Assembly (NCBI GenBank): GCA_039935975.1
Contig: JBDTJD010000138.1
Coordinates: 1 to 35,220 of the forward strand
Direction of reading: 5' to 3'
DNA length: 35,220 nt
Source of the DNA: Caldimonas sp.
GTDB lineage: Bacteria; Pseudomonadota; Gammaproteobacteria; Burkholderiales; Burkholderiaceae_C
In this document: in pieces, positions 26,050 to 35,097 of the stretch
Position numbering within the stretch: the first letter of the stretch is position 1
Layout of the letters: the number at the start of each line of letters is the position of its first letter
Made by a program: the position numbers and the translations under genes
The notes under the pieces: generated by a model
Told to the model about the DNA's origin: nothing
Database searches by the model: none
The model's input: only the letters and a program-made list of their open reading frames with translations

Positions 26050-26807
26050 CAGCGGTTCTCTCCGGAAGGTGCGGCGCGTGCCGAGAAGTATTCCTGGATC
26101 CAAGGATCGTCGGTGCGCCGCACGGCGGCGACCGGTCCGTCGGCGACGACCTTGCCGGCCGACAGCGCGATGACGCGGTCGATGATCGACAGGATCGTGT
26201 CGAGATCGTGGGTGACCATGAAGACGGTGAGGCCGAGGCTGTCGGACAACGTGCGCACCAGAGTGTCGAAGGCGCGCGCGCCGATCGGGTCGAGCCCCGA
26301 CGTCGGCTCGTCGAGAAACAGGATCTCGGGCTCGAGCGCCAGCGCGCGGGCGAGCGCGACCCGCTTTCTCATTCCGCCCGAGAGCTGCGACGGCGCCTTC
26401 TTGCCGACGTCGGGTGCGAGGCCGACGAGCGAGAGCTTGAAGCCGACGAGCGGCGCGATCAGCGATTCGGGCAGTGCGGTGTGCTCGCGGAGCGGCACGG
26501 CGATGTTGTCGGCGACGCTCAGCGACGAGAAGAGGGCGCCGTCCTGGAACAGCATGCCGAAGCGCTTGCGCAGCGCGTTCATCTCCTCCTCGCCGGCGGC
26601 CTGCACGTCCGTGCCGAGCAGGCGCACGCGGCCGGCAGTTGGCCGCATCAGGCCGATCATTTCCTTGAGCAGGACCGACTTGCCGGTGCCGCTGCCGCCG
26701 ATCAGGGCGACGACCTCGCCGCGCGGAACGGCGAAGGAGACGCCGTCGTGGACCGTGTCGGTGCCGAACCGGGTGACGATGCCGTCGACCTCGAGGATCG
26801 CGTCCAT
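26049..26807 (-). CDS. MlaF-like ABC ATPase
   Basis: GGSGTGKS, GMLFQDGALFSSL, LSGGMRKRVALARALALEP..LFLDEPTSGLDP. Confidence 0.9.
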   Translation of the reverse strand: MDAILEVDGIVTRFGTDTVHDGVSFAVPRGEVVALIGGSGTGKSVLLKEMIGLMRPTAGRVRLLGTDVQAAGEEEMNALRKRFGMLFQDGALFSSLSVADNIAVPLREHTALPESLIAPLVGFKLSLVGLAPDVGKKAPSQLSGGMRKRVALARALALEPEILFLDEPTSGLDPIGARAFDTLVRTLSDSLGLTVFMVTHDLDTILSIIDRVIALSAGKVVADGPVAAVRRTDDPWIQEYFSARAAPSGENR

Positions 26808-27926
26808 CTAGAGGTCCAGCTTCTGCAGGGTGACGGCGAAGATCGCGTCGAGCACGATCACCCAGACGATGCTCTGGACGACCGTCGAGGTCGTGTTCTC
26901 GCCCACGCTTCTCGCGTCGCGCTCGACCGACATGCCCATGCGGCAGGCGATCATGGCGATGAAGGCGGCGAAGGCCGGCGCCTTGGCGATGCCGATCACC
27001 AGCGCGCTGAGCGGCAGCACGGCGTGCAGGCGCGAGACGAACGAGGGCGGCGAGATGCCGAGCTGGAGTGCGCCGATCAGGACGCCGCCGCCGATGCCGG
27101 CGAGATCGCCGACGAAGACGAGCAGCGGCAGGCCGACGACGATCGCGACCAGGCGCGGGATCACGAGCACCTGGATCGGTGACAGGCCGAGCGTGCGGAT
27201 CGCGTCGGTCTCCTCCTGCACCTTCATGGCGCCGATCTGGGCCGTGAAGGCCGCCCCCGATCGCCCGGCGACGATCACCGCGACCAGGATCGGCGAGAGC
27301 TCCCGGCAGATCGCGAGGCCGACGCCGTCGACGACGAAGATCGTCGCGCCGTAGCGCTGCGCCTGCACGCCAAGCAGGTACGCGAAGACGACGCCGATCA
27401 GGAAGGTGACGAGGACGACGATGGGGATCGCCTCGACCGTCACCGACTGGAACTGCGCGACCGTCTCCCGGAAGCGAAAGAGCGACGGCCGGCGCGCGAT
27501 CGCGACCGCCTGGACGGCGACCTCGCCGACGAATGCCGTGTGCTGCCCCAGGCTGTCGGCGACCTCGAACAGCGCGGCGCCGACCTTCTGCACCAGACCG
27601 GGTCGCTGCAGCTTCGCGCGCACCGGGGCAGCGTGCATGCTGCTTTGCACCAGCCCGATCAGACGCTCCTCGTCGGCGCCCATCGCGCGCAGCCGGAGGT
27701 CTTCGGCGGGCGGCAGTCGGCTCAGCAGCACGAACGCGGCCGAAGTGTCCATTTCCGCCAGGCGGCTGCCGTCGATGACGAGCGCTTCGCTTGGCGACAT
27801 GGCGAGGCCTGCGACGTCGCGCGCGATCCGCTCGGCGTCGCCGACGCGCCACGCGCCACCGAGATAGAGCACGGGCGTGCCGGCTTCGTCGACCAGCTCC
27901 AGAGTCGGAGCCTCGGCTTCGGCCAC
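26808..27926 (-). CDS. MlaE-family permease with N-terminal STAS-like domain
   Basis: IDGSRLAEMDTSAA (STAS), then RELSPILVAVIVAGRSGAAFTAQIGAMKVQEETDA...VGENTTSTVVQSI. GTG start at 27926 is inferred. Confidence 0.88.
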   Translation of the reverse strand: MAEAEAPTLELVDEAGTPVLYLGGAWRVGDAERIARDVAGLAMSPSEALVIDGSRLAEMDTSAAFVLLSRLPPAEDLRLRAMGADEERLIGLVQSSMHAAPVRAKLQRPGLVQKVGAALFEVADSLGQHTAFVGEVAVQAVAIARRPSLFRFRETVAQFQSVTVEAIPIVVLVTFLIGVVFAYLLGVQAQRYGATIFVVDGVGLAICRELSPILVAVIVAGRSGAAFTAQIGAMKVQEETDAIRTLGLSPIQVLVIPRLVAIVVGLPLLVFVGDLAGIGGGVLIGALQLGISPPSFVSRLHAVLPLSALVIGIAKAPAFAAFIAMIACRMGMSVERDARSVGENTTSTVVQSIVWVIVLDAIFAVTLQKLDL

Positions 27927-27964
27927 GCCGCCTTCGCTTCGGGCGCGAGCTGCCACGAGCGGGC

Positions 27965-29386
27965 TCAGGCCCCCGGCCGCAACGCCGCGAGGTCGGGCCT
28001 GGCGATCGGCCGCACGGTCTCGTAGGCGCGCGCCGCTCGCAGCACGAGGGCGTCGCCGAACATGGGACCGACGATCTGCAGGCCGATCGGCAACCCGTCG
28101 GCGGTGAGGCCGCACGGGATCGTGCACGCGGGCTGCTGCGTCAGGTTGAAGGGATAGCTGAAGGGCGTCCAGCCGAGCATCGCCTGCGGGTCCATCGGGC
28201 TGTGGCCGGCGGGACGTGCGACGAAGGCCGGCACCGACACCGACGGCGTGACGAGCAGGTCGAAGCGCTGCATGAACTGGCGCATGTGCGAGCCGAGCGT
28301 GCCGCGACGCAGGTTGAGTTGCTGGATGTCGAGCGCGCTCAGCCGGGCGCCCAGCAACGCCTCGGCACGGAAATCAGGATCGACGACCTCCTGCTGCGCC
28401 GGCGTGAGCGAATTCCAGATCGTCCATGCGCCGAGGAACCAGAGACCCGTGGTGATGTCGAGCGGGTCCTCGAATCCCGGATCGACCGCCTCGACGTGAG
28501 CGCCGAGCGCCGCGAGCTGGGTGGCCGCGACGGCGACCGCGGCGGCGACCTCGGGGTGGACCTGCGCGTAGCCGAGCGTCGGCGAGAAGGCGATGCGCAG
28601 GCCGGCGATGCCGTCGTCGAGGCCCTGCGTGTAATCGCCGTCGTCGGGCGGCAGAGACGTCCAGTCGCGCGCATCGGGCCGCTTCATCACGTTCATCGCC
28701 AGCGCCGCGTCGGCGACGCTCATCGTGTGCGGTCCGAGGTGGGCGACGCTGCCGAAGGGCGAGAGCGGGTAGGCGGGTACGCGGCCGAAGCTCGGCTTCA
28801 GCCCGAAGTTGCCGCAGAAGGCGCCCGGGATGCGGACGCTGCCGGCGCCGTCGGTGCCGATCGCGATCGGGCCCATGCCGCAGGCGACCGCCGCTGCCGT
28901 GCCGCCCGACGATCCGCCGGTGGTGCGTTGCGGATTCCAGGGATTGCGGGTGATGCCGGTGAGCGGCGAATTGGTCTCGCCCTTGCACCCGAACTCGGGC
29001 GTCGTCGTCTTGCCGAGGATCACCGCGCCGGCCTCGCGCACGCGCGCCGAGACCGGCGCGTCGACGTCCCAGGGCTGGTCGGGATCGACCGTGCGCGAGC
29101 CGCGCAGCGTCGGCATGCCGGCGACGAGGATGAGGTCCTTGATGGCCATCGGCACACCGTCGAGCGCGCCGCACGGTTCGCCCCGTTGCCAGCGCGCCTC
29201 GCTGTCGCGAGCCGATGCGAGCGCGCTGTCCGTGGCGACACGGACGAAGGCGTTGACCACCGGGTCGAGGCGCTCGATCCGCGCCAGCACCGAGCGCGTC
29301 GCCTCGACCGGGGACGCCTCGCGGGTGCGATAGAGGCGCAGCAGCTCGGTGGCGCTGCAGTCGGCAAGATCCGAGACGGAAGTCAT
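27965..29386 (-). CDS. Amidase signature-family enzyme
   Basis: LDGVPMAIKDL, GKTTTPEFG, TRNPWN...GGSSGG and GTDGAGSVRIP (Ser-cisSer-Lys triad). AGGAG RBS. Confidence 0.92.
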   Translation of the reverse strand: MTSVSDLADCSATELLRLYRTREASPVEATRSVLARIERLDPVVNAFVRVATDSALASARDSEARWQRGEPCGALDGVPMAIKDLILVAGMPTLRGSRTVDPDQPWDVDAPVSARVREAGAVILGKTTTPEFGCKGETNSPLTGITRNPWNPQRTTGGSSGGTAAAVACGMGPIAIGTDGAGSVRIPGAFCGNFGLKPSFGRVPAYPLSPFGSVAHLGPHTMSVADAALAMNVMKRPDARDWTSLPPDDGDYTQGLDDGIAGLRIAFSPTLGYAQVHPEVAAAVAVAATQLAALGAHVEAVDPGFEDPLDITTGLWFLGAWTIWNSLTPAQQEVVDPDFRAEALLGARLSALDIQQLNLRRGTLGSHMRQFMQRFDLLVTPSVSVPAFVARPAGHSPMDPQAMLGWTPFSYPFNLTQQPACTIPCGLTADGLPIGLQIVGPMFGDALVLRAARAYETVRPIARPDLAALRPGA

Positions 29387-29454
29387 GGTGCTCCTGGGGC
29401 CGGCAGACAAATGCGTAGGATCGGCCGTTGCCCCAGAACCGGAGACGACGAGCC

Positions 29455-31053
29455 GTGACCCTGCATTCTGCGTTGCCTTCCCTGCGCCCGCGAGGGCTTT
29501 GCGCGGCGATCGCTGCGCTCGCCCTGGTGGCGTCGCTCGCGGGCTGCGGCGGTGGCGGCGGCAGCGCCGGCACAAGTGCCGGGCCCTCGCCCGCGCCGCC
29601 GGTGGACGGACCCGCCTGGCGCGGCTTCGCGAGCAACCCGCAGCACACCGCGCTTGCCGCGATCGCGAGCCAGGACCTGAACCGCATCGCGTGGTCGACG
29701 CCGGTCGACCTTGCGCCGGCGTTCACCGCCAGCGGCGCGCTTCTTGCGCACTACGGTTCGCCCGTCGTCACCTCGCACAACACTGTCGTCGTGCCGGTGA
29801 AGACCGGCCGCGCCGGCGGCTTTCGCGTCGAGGCGCGCTCGGGCACGAACGGCGGACTGATCTGGTGGGCGAACAGCGACTACGTGCTGCCGCCGAGCAA
29901 CTGGGTGCCGAGCTACAACGTCGCGCTCACGACGGGCAACCGCCTCTTCGCGCCGGCCGTCGGCGGCAAGCTGCTGGTCAAGGACGACGCCGACGCATCG
30001 GGCGGCACGCTGCGCACGCTGATCTTCTACGGCACGAACGCCTACAGCGCGGCGCCCGCCACCTTCGACGCCACCGTCTTCGTCAACACGCCGATCACCG
30101 TCGACACGCAGGGCAACGCATTCTTCGGCTTCTATGTCAACGGCGCGAATCCGCTCGGGCTGGTGAGCGGAATCGCGCGCATCGCGGTCGATGGCACGGG
30201 CCTGTGGCTCGGTGCGAGCGCCGCTGCCGCCGATCCGACCGTCGACAAGGTCGCGATGAACAGCGCGCCGGCACTTTCGCCCGACGAGGCGACGCTCTAT
30301 GTCGCCGTCAACGCGAAGGCGGTCGCGGGCTCGGTCCAGGGCGGCTACCTGCTCGCCCTCGACAGCCGCACCCTGGCGGTCCAGGCCCGGGCCCTGCTGC
30401 GCGACCCTTCGACCGGAACGCCGGCGCGAGTCTACGACGACGGCACCGCCTCGCCCACGGTCGGGCCCGACGGCGACGTCTACTTCGGCGTCCTCGAGGC
30501 GAACTTCGGCAGCCACAACGGCCGCGGCTGGCTGCTCCACTTCAGCGCGGCGCTGGCGCCGACCGCGGTGCCGGGCGGCTTCGGCTGGGACGACACCGCG
30601 TCGATCGTGCCGGCGGCCATCGTGCCCTCCTACACCGGCAGCTCGAGCTACCTGCTGATGATCAAGTACAACAACTACGACGGCATCGGCACGGGCGACG
30701 GTGCAAACCGGATCGCGATCGTCGATCCGCGCGCCTCGCAGGTCGACCCGATCTCGGGCCTGCCGATCATGAAGGAGGTGCTGACGATCCTCGGGCCCAC
30801 GTTCGAGTCGGGCACGTCCGGGCCGGTGCGCGAGTGGTGCGTCAACACCGCGGCCGTCGATCCGCTGACGCGCTCGGTGCTCGTCAACAACGAGGACGGC
30901 ATGCTCTACCGCTGGGACCTGACGACCAATCGACTGACGCAGAAGATCCGCCTCACCGCCGGCCTCGGCGAGGCCTACACGCCCACTGCCATCGGCGCAG
31001 ACGGCGCCATCTACGCAGTCAACGACACGGTTCTGTTCTCGGTCGGCAGGTAG
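29455..31053 (+). CDS. Uncharacterised lipoprotein, probable beta-propeller
   Basis: Lipobox LAGC, Gly/Pro linker, and beta-rich repeats (SPVV, TPITVDTQGNAFF, SAPALSPDEATLYV, SPTVGPDGDVYF, TPTAIGADGAIYA). Clear coding-type GC3 bias. Start is GTG 29455 or TTG 29428. Confidence 0.7.
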   Translation: MTLHSALPSLRPRGLCAAIAALALVASLAGCGGGGGSAGTSAGPSPAPPVDGPAWRGFASNPQHTALAAIASQDLNRIAWSTPVDLAPAFTASGALLAHYGSPVVTSHNTVVVPVKTGRAGGFRVEARSGTNGGLIWWANSDYVLPPSNWVPSYNVALTTGNRLFAPAVGGKLLVKDDADASGGTLRTLIFYGTNAYSAAPATFDATVFVNTPITVDTQGNAFFGFYVNGANPLGLVSGIARIAVDGTGLWLGASAAAADPTVDKVAMNSAPALSPDEATLYVAVNAKAVAGSVQGGYLLALDSRTLAVQARALLRDPSTGTPARVYDDGTASPTVGPDGDVYFGVLEANFGSHNGRGWLLHFSAALAPTAVPGGFGWDDTASIVPAAIVPSYTGSSSYLLMIKYNNYDGIGTGDGANRIAIVDPRASQVDPISGLPIMKEVLTILGPTFESGTSGPVREWCVNTAAVDPLTRSVLVNNEDGMLYRWDLTTNRLTQKIRLTAGLGEAYTPTAIGADGAIYAVNDTVLFSVGR

Positions 31054-31070
31054 CCACCGATCCGGCCAGA

Positions 31071-31141
31071 AGCCGCGAGCGGGTAGCTCTCGTCGTAGAT
31101 GTGCATGTGGCAGTCGCACGCGGTGACCAGGGCGCAGTCAT
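31071..31141 (-). pseudogene. N-terminal remnant of an amidohydrolase (LigI/lactonase-like), frameshifted and truncated
   Basis: ATG 31141 overlaps the dehydrogenase stop (ATGA). One base out of frame with it the sequence reads LVTACDCHMHIYDESYPLA, the DxHxH-I-Y-D N-terminal motif of amidohydrolase_2 proteins. The similarity ends near 31070. Confidence 0.6.
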
Positions 31142-32178
31142 CTCGTCCGCCTCGAATTGGGCGTCGCGGTCGTGCGCGCGCCGGCGAACACGGGCCACTT
31201 GCGGATCCGTGACGCGTGCTCCGCGTTGACGGCGCCGGTCGGCATCTCGCCGCGCAGCAGCGACGCGACCTGCGACACCGTCTCCATCGACTGGTGCTCG
31301 ATCGCCGGCGGCGTGAGGCCGCCGATGTGCGGCGTCGCGATCACGCGCGGATGGCGCGCCAGCGCCGGGCTCGGCATCTGATCGGGTGCGCGGCCGACGT
31401 CGAGCGCGGCGCCGGCGAGCCGCCCCGACTCGAGCGCGGCCAGGAGTGCAGCCTCGTCGACCAGCTCGCCGCGCGAGGCGTTGATGAAGAAGGCGCCCGG
31501 CGCCATGCGCGCGAATGCGGCGCCGTCCATGAGGTTTGCCGTGCGCTTGTTGGAAACGGCCAGGCAGACCACGAAGTGCGACTCCGCGAGCAGCTCGTCG
31601 AGTGCCATCTGATGGACGCCGTCGCGCGCGCCGATCGACTCCGGCGCCGCGACCGCGACGCGCATGCCGAAGGCCGCGGCGAGCCGGCACACCGACTGCG
31701 CGATCCGGCCGTAGCCGACGACGCCGATCGTCGAGCCGCAGAGTTCCCGCCCCATCGTCGGTGCAGGTGTCGTGCCCTGGTGATACGCCTCGGCGTGCCC
31801 GACGATGCCCCGGCCGAGCGCGATCATCGAGGCGACGACCCATTCCGCGACGGCGGAGACGAAGCCCGGGCTGGCCTGCGTCACGAGGACGCCGTTCGCG
31901 CTCGCGGCGGCGACATCGACGGTGCTGATGTCGACGGCGCAGCGCATGAAAGCGGCGAGCTCGGGCAGCTCGGCGAACAGCCGCGAGGAGCCCGGCGTCT
32001 GGCGGTAGCCGATCATCAGCTCGCAGCCTTGCGCGGCGGCGACGAGCTCGTCGATGGTCAGTTCGTGCGACTCGAGATTGAAGCGGACCGCGGCGATCTC
32101 TTGCAGCGCGGCGACGGCGCGCGGACCGTAGTACCGGGCGAGCGGGCCTGGTGGATGGGTCAGGAAAACGGTGGTGAT
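31138..32178 (-). CDS. D-isomer-specific 2-hydroxyacid dehydrogenase (SerA-like); no canonical start codon
   Basis: TIGVVGYGRIA, FINASRGELVDE, AALDV and IATPHIGG. The likely N-terminus ITTVFLTHP begins at an ATC codon; an in-frame GTT at 32199 is an alternative. Confidence 0.8.
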   Translation of the reverse strand: MTTVFLTHPPGPLARYYGPRAVAALQEIAAVRFNLESHELTIDELVAAAQGCELMIGYRQTPGSSRLFAELPELAAFMRCAVDISTVDVAAASANGVLVTQASPGFVSAVAEWVVASMIALGRGIVGHAEAYHQGTTPAPTMGRELCGSTIGVVGYGRIAQSVCRLAAAFGMRVAVAAPESIGARDGVHQMALDELLAESHFVVCLAVSNKRTANLMDGAAFARMAPGAFFINASRGELVDEAALLAALESGRLAGAALDVGRAPDQMPSPALARHPRVIATPHIGGLTPPAIEHQSMETVSQVASLLRGEMPTGAVNAEHASRIRKWPVFAGARTTATPNSRRTR

Positions 32179-32275
32179 GGCAGGACCAGGAGGCCGAACC
32201 GATTCACTGTATCGAGCCCACTGCCTTCGAGCGCAGCGGGTTTGCCCGCAGCGCCCGGCAGGCGCAGCGATCCGC

Positions 32276-33595
32276 TCAGGCGGGCAGCCAGGCCTGCGCC
32301 GAGTGCGCGAGCACGGTTTCGAGGCCGCCGAATTTCTCGGCCAGTGCCTCGGTCTCGCGCATGTCGTAGCGCTCGAGGGCAAGGGCGATCGAGAGGTAGC
32401 GCTGCCATGGCCCGGTGCCCTGGCGCAGCGCCTCGACCGCTTCGGCAGGCAGGTTGAGCGACGAGGTCGCGTCGTCGATGCCGCATTGCAGGAGCGTCGG
32501 CAGCATCGAGGCCAGGCCGAGCACGTAGAGACTTCCCGGGTTCGCCTCGCCGGTCTGGCGCGCGAGGCGCTCGAGCAGACGGGCACGGGCGAGGGCGAGG
32601 GCGCGCAGCGCATCGGCCGCAGGCCGCGACGGCGACAGCCGCACGAGCATCTGCGCGACCCAGCGGTAGAGCGTGTCACGGCCGAGCACCATCACCGCCT
32701 GATCGATCGAGCTCAGCTCGCGGCCCGGCGAAGCGCCGGCGCTGTTGAGGTACTGGAGCAGGCGCAGGGCCAGCGTCGGATCGCTCTTGATGTCGGTCAC
32801 CAGGAGCGCGTTGTCATCGTCGCGGACGAGCCGGCTCATCAGCTGCAGCAGCCGCTGTGCCTGCGGGGGCAGGGCTTGGGTCTGGGCCGGCACGAGGCTC
32901 TTGCTCATCGCGCAGGCGGCCAGGAAGACGGGCGGATGAAGAAGCGACTCCATCAGCTCGACGCCTTCGATGTCGAGCAGCAGCAGCGCCGCCTTGGGAT
33001 GGTGCGTGCGCGCGTCGTCGATGGCGCGCTGCCATGCGGCAGCGTCCGAATCGGGCGACTGACGCACCGGGACGAAGTCGGGCTCGCCGGGCGGCAGGGC
33101 GATCGGTGTCGCGGACGGCCGGGCCCAGCCGACGCTGGCGCCGGACCGGCGGATGCGGGCGAACATCGCCGACGTCGCGGTGGCGTCGGCGAACATCGGA
33201 TCGGGTCCGACGGCGATGTACATGCCAGCGCAGAAGTCGCCGTCGCGCTGGAAGCGGACCAGGCCGCTGGCGGGCAACTCGGCCAGCGCGACCATCTTCT
33301 GGTCGATGCTGAGGCGCATCGCGCCGAGGACGTTGCCGACGCCGGCGTGCAGGCCGGCATCGCCGGTGCCGGCGCGGGCGCGCGCCAGCACCGCGGCACT
33401 GGCGCCGAACTCGAAGCCGGCGAGCCCGCCGGCGGGCGCGATCAGGGGCCGGCGCGCCCCGAGGCCGATCGGTGCGTCGTCGGCGACGGCGCTCGTCATC
33501 GTCGACGCCGCAGCCGGGCGGGCCGGAGCGGGCGCCTTGGCCGGCACGTCGGTCGAGCGGCGACCGGTGAGCTTGTCGAAGAGGGCACCGAACAT
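32276..33595 (-). CDS. Degenerate EAL-like + HDOD domain signalling protein (YuxH/PdeH-like architecture)
   Basis: ARRPLIAPAGGLAGFEF corresponds to the RQPI...GYELL start of an EAL domain. HDOD motif: IKSDPTLALRLLQYLNSA...LSSIDQAVMVLG...ALARARLLE...GLASML. Confidence 0.75.
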   Translation of the reverse strand: MFGALFDKLTGRRSTDVPAKAPAPARPAAASTMTSAVADDAPIGLGARRPLIAPAGGLAGFEFGASAAVLARARAGTGDAGLHAGVGNVLGAMRLSIDQKMVALAELPASGLVRFQRDGDFCAGMYIAVGPDPMFADATATSAMFARIRRSGASVGWARPSATPIALPPGEPDFVPVRQSPDSDAAAWQRAIDDARTHHPKAALLLLDIEGVELMESLLHPPVFLAACAMSKSLVPAQTQALPPQAQRLLQLMSRLVRDDDNALLVTDIKSDPTLALRLLQYLNSAGASPGRELSSIDQAVMVLGRDTLYRWVAQMLVRLSPSRPAADALRALALARARLLERLARQTGEANPGSLYVLGLASMLPTLLQCGIDDATSSLNLPAEAVEALRQGTGPWQRYLSIALALERYDMRETEALAEKFGGLETVLAHSAQAWLPA

Positions 33596-33850
33596 GGCCG
33601 GGAAGGCTATGCCTCGACAGCCGCGCTCATCAGCCGATATGCGCCGCGTTCCGCGTCCATTTCTTCGCCGGCTGGACCGGCGACCTCGAGCGCGCGAAGG
33701 TTGCCACCGTTCGACTGCGGTGCGGTGCCGGTACCAGTGCACTGAAACGCATCGGCGCAACGCGAGTCGTATTCACGCTGGATGGCGTCGTTTTCCGGAG
33801 ACAATTCGCGCATCTGCACTGCGGCCGACACGCCGCTAGAAAGGAGACGC

Positions 33851-35080
33851 ATGACACGACTCTCGAATCCAGGACGGCGTCGTCTGCTGGCCGGAGGACT
33901 CGGTGCCGCCGCCACGGGCATGGGCTCGCTCGCCGCACCGGCGTTCGCGCAGAGCGGCACCATGGAGCAGCCGTTCGCGAACGGCTCGCGCAAGCTGGTC
34001 GCCTTTCCCGAGAAGCGTCCGCTGATCGTGCTGAGCTCGCGGCCGCCTCAGCTCGAGACGCCTTTCTCCGTCTACAACGACGGCGTGATCACGCCCAACG
34101 ACGCGTTCTTCGTGCGTTATCACAACGCCGGGATCCCGACATCGATCGACGCCGCCACCCACGTCATCAAGCTCGGCGGTAACGCTGCCGGCAAGCCGTT
34201 GAACCTCACGCTCGCCGACCTGAAGACGCAGTTCAAGCCGGTCGAGATCGTCGCCGTGAACCAGTGCTCCGGCAACAGCCGCGGGTTCTTCGAGCCGCGT
34301 GTCACCGGCGGCCAGTCGGCCAATGGCGCGATGGGCAACGCCCGCTGGACCGGCGTGCGCCTTCGCGACGTGCTGGCCAAGGCCGAGCTCCGCAACACCG
34401 CCAAGCAGGTCACCTTCGACGGTCTCGACACCGGCGTCTACGGCGGCGGTGATTTCGTCAAGGCGCTCGACATGTCGCAGGCGATGGACCCCGACGTGCT
34501 GATCGCGTGGCAGATGAACGGTGCCGACATTCCGATGCTGAACGGCTACCCGGTCAAGCTGATCGTCCCGGGCTACTACGGCACCTACTGGGTCAAGCAC
34601 CTGTCCCAGATCGACGTCATCGACAGCGTCTTCGACGGCTTCTGGATGAAGCCCGCCTACCGCATTCCGGACAACGACTGTGCCTGCGTCGTGCCGGGCA
34701 CTGCGCCCACGGCGACGCGTCCCATCGGTCGCTTCACCGTGCGCTCCTTCGTCACCTCGCTCAGCGGCGGCCAGCGCATTCCTGCCGGTGCGCAGACGGT
34801 CGTCCGCGGCATCGCCTTCGACGGCGGCCAGGGCATCCGCGAAGTCGGCGTCTCGGTAGACGGCGGACAGACCTGGCGCCAGGCCCAGCTCGGCAACGAC
34901 CTCGGCCGCTACTCGTTCCGCGAGTTCACGTTCGGCTTCGTTCCCGACAAGCCGGGTCCGGTCGACGTGCGTTCGTGCGCCTGGAGCAAGTCGGGCGAAG
35001 GCCAGCCGACCACGGCGGTCTGGCAGCCGGCCGGCTACATGCGCAACGTGATCGAGTCGGTGAAGGTCACCGCGGTATGA
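33851..35080 (+). CDS. sorA: Periplasmic sulfite:cytochrome c oxidoreductase molybdopterin subunit
   Basis: Tat signal GRRRLL, PFANG...RPPQLETP, TPNDAFFVRYH, the Moco Cys in NQCSGNSR, GAMGNARWTGV, NGYPVKLIVPGYYGTYWVK, and a C-terminal dimerisation domain. AAGGAG RBS. Confidence 0.9.
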   Translation: MTRLSNPGRRRLLAGGLGAAATGMGSLAAPAFAQSGTMEQPFANGSRKLVAFPEKRPLIVLSSRPPQLETPFSVYNDGVITPNDAFFVRYHNAGIPTSIDAATHVIKLGGNAAGKPLNLTLADLKTQFKPVEIVAVNQCSGNSRGFFEPRVTGGQSANGAMGNARWTGVRLRDVLAKAELRNTAKQVTFDGLDTGVYGGGDFVKALDMSQAMDPDVLIAWQMNGADIPMLNGYPVKLIVPGYYGTYWVKHLSQIDVIDSVFDGFWMKPAYRIPDNDCACVVPGTAPTATRPIGRFTVRSFVTSLSGGQRIPAGAQTVVRGIAFDGGQGIREVGVSVDGGQTWRQAQLGNDLGRYSFREFTFGFVPDKPGPVDVRSCAWSKSGEGQPTTAVWQPAGYMRNVIESVKVTAV

Positions 35081-35097
35081 CAGCGAGGAAGCAACCC

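Noticed and set aside
25102-27852. 916-aa MCE fusion ORF
   Set aside because: The upstream portion is an alternative frame over mlaE and mlaF. The MCE protein starts at 26049, coupled to the mlaF stop.
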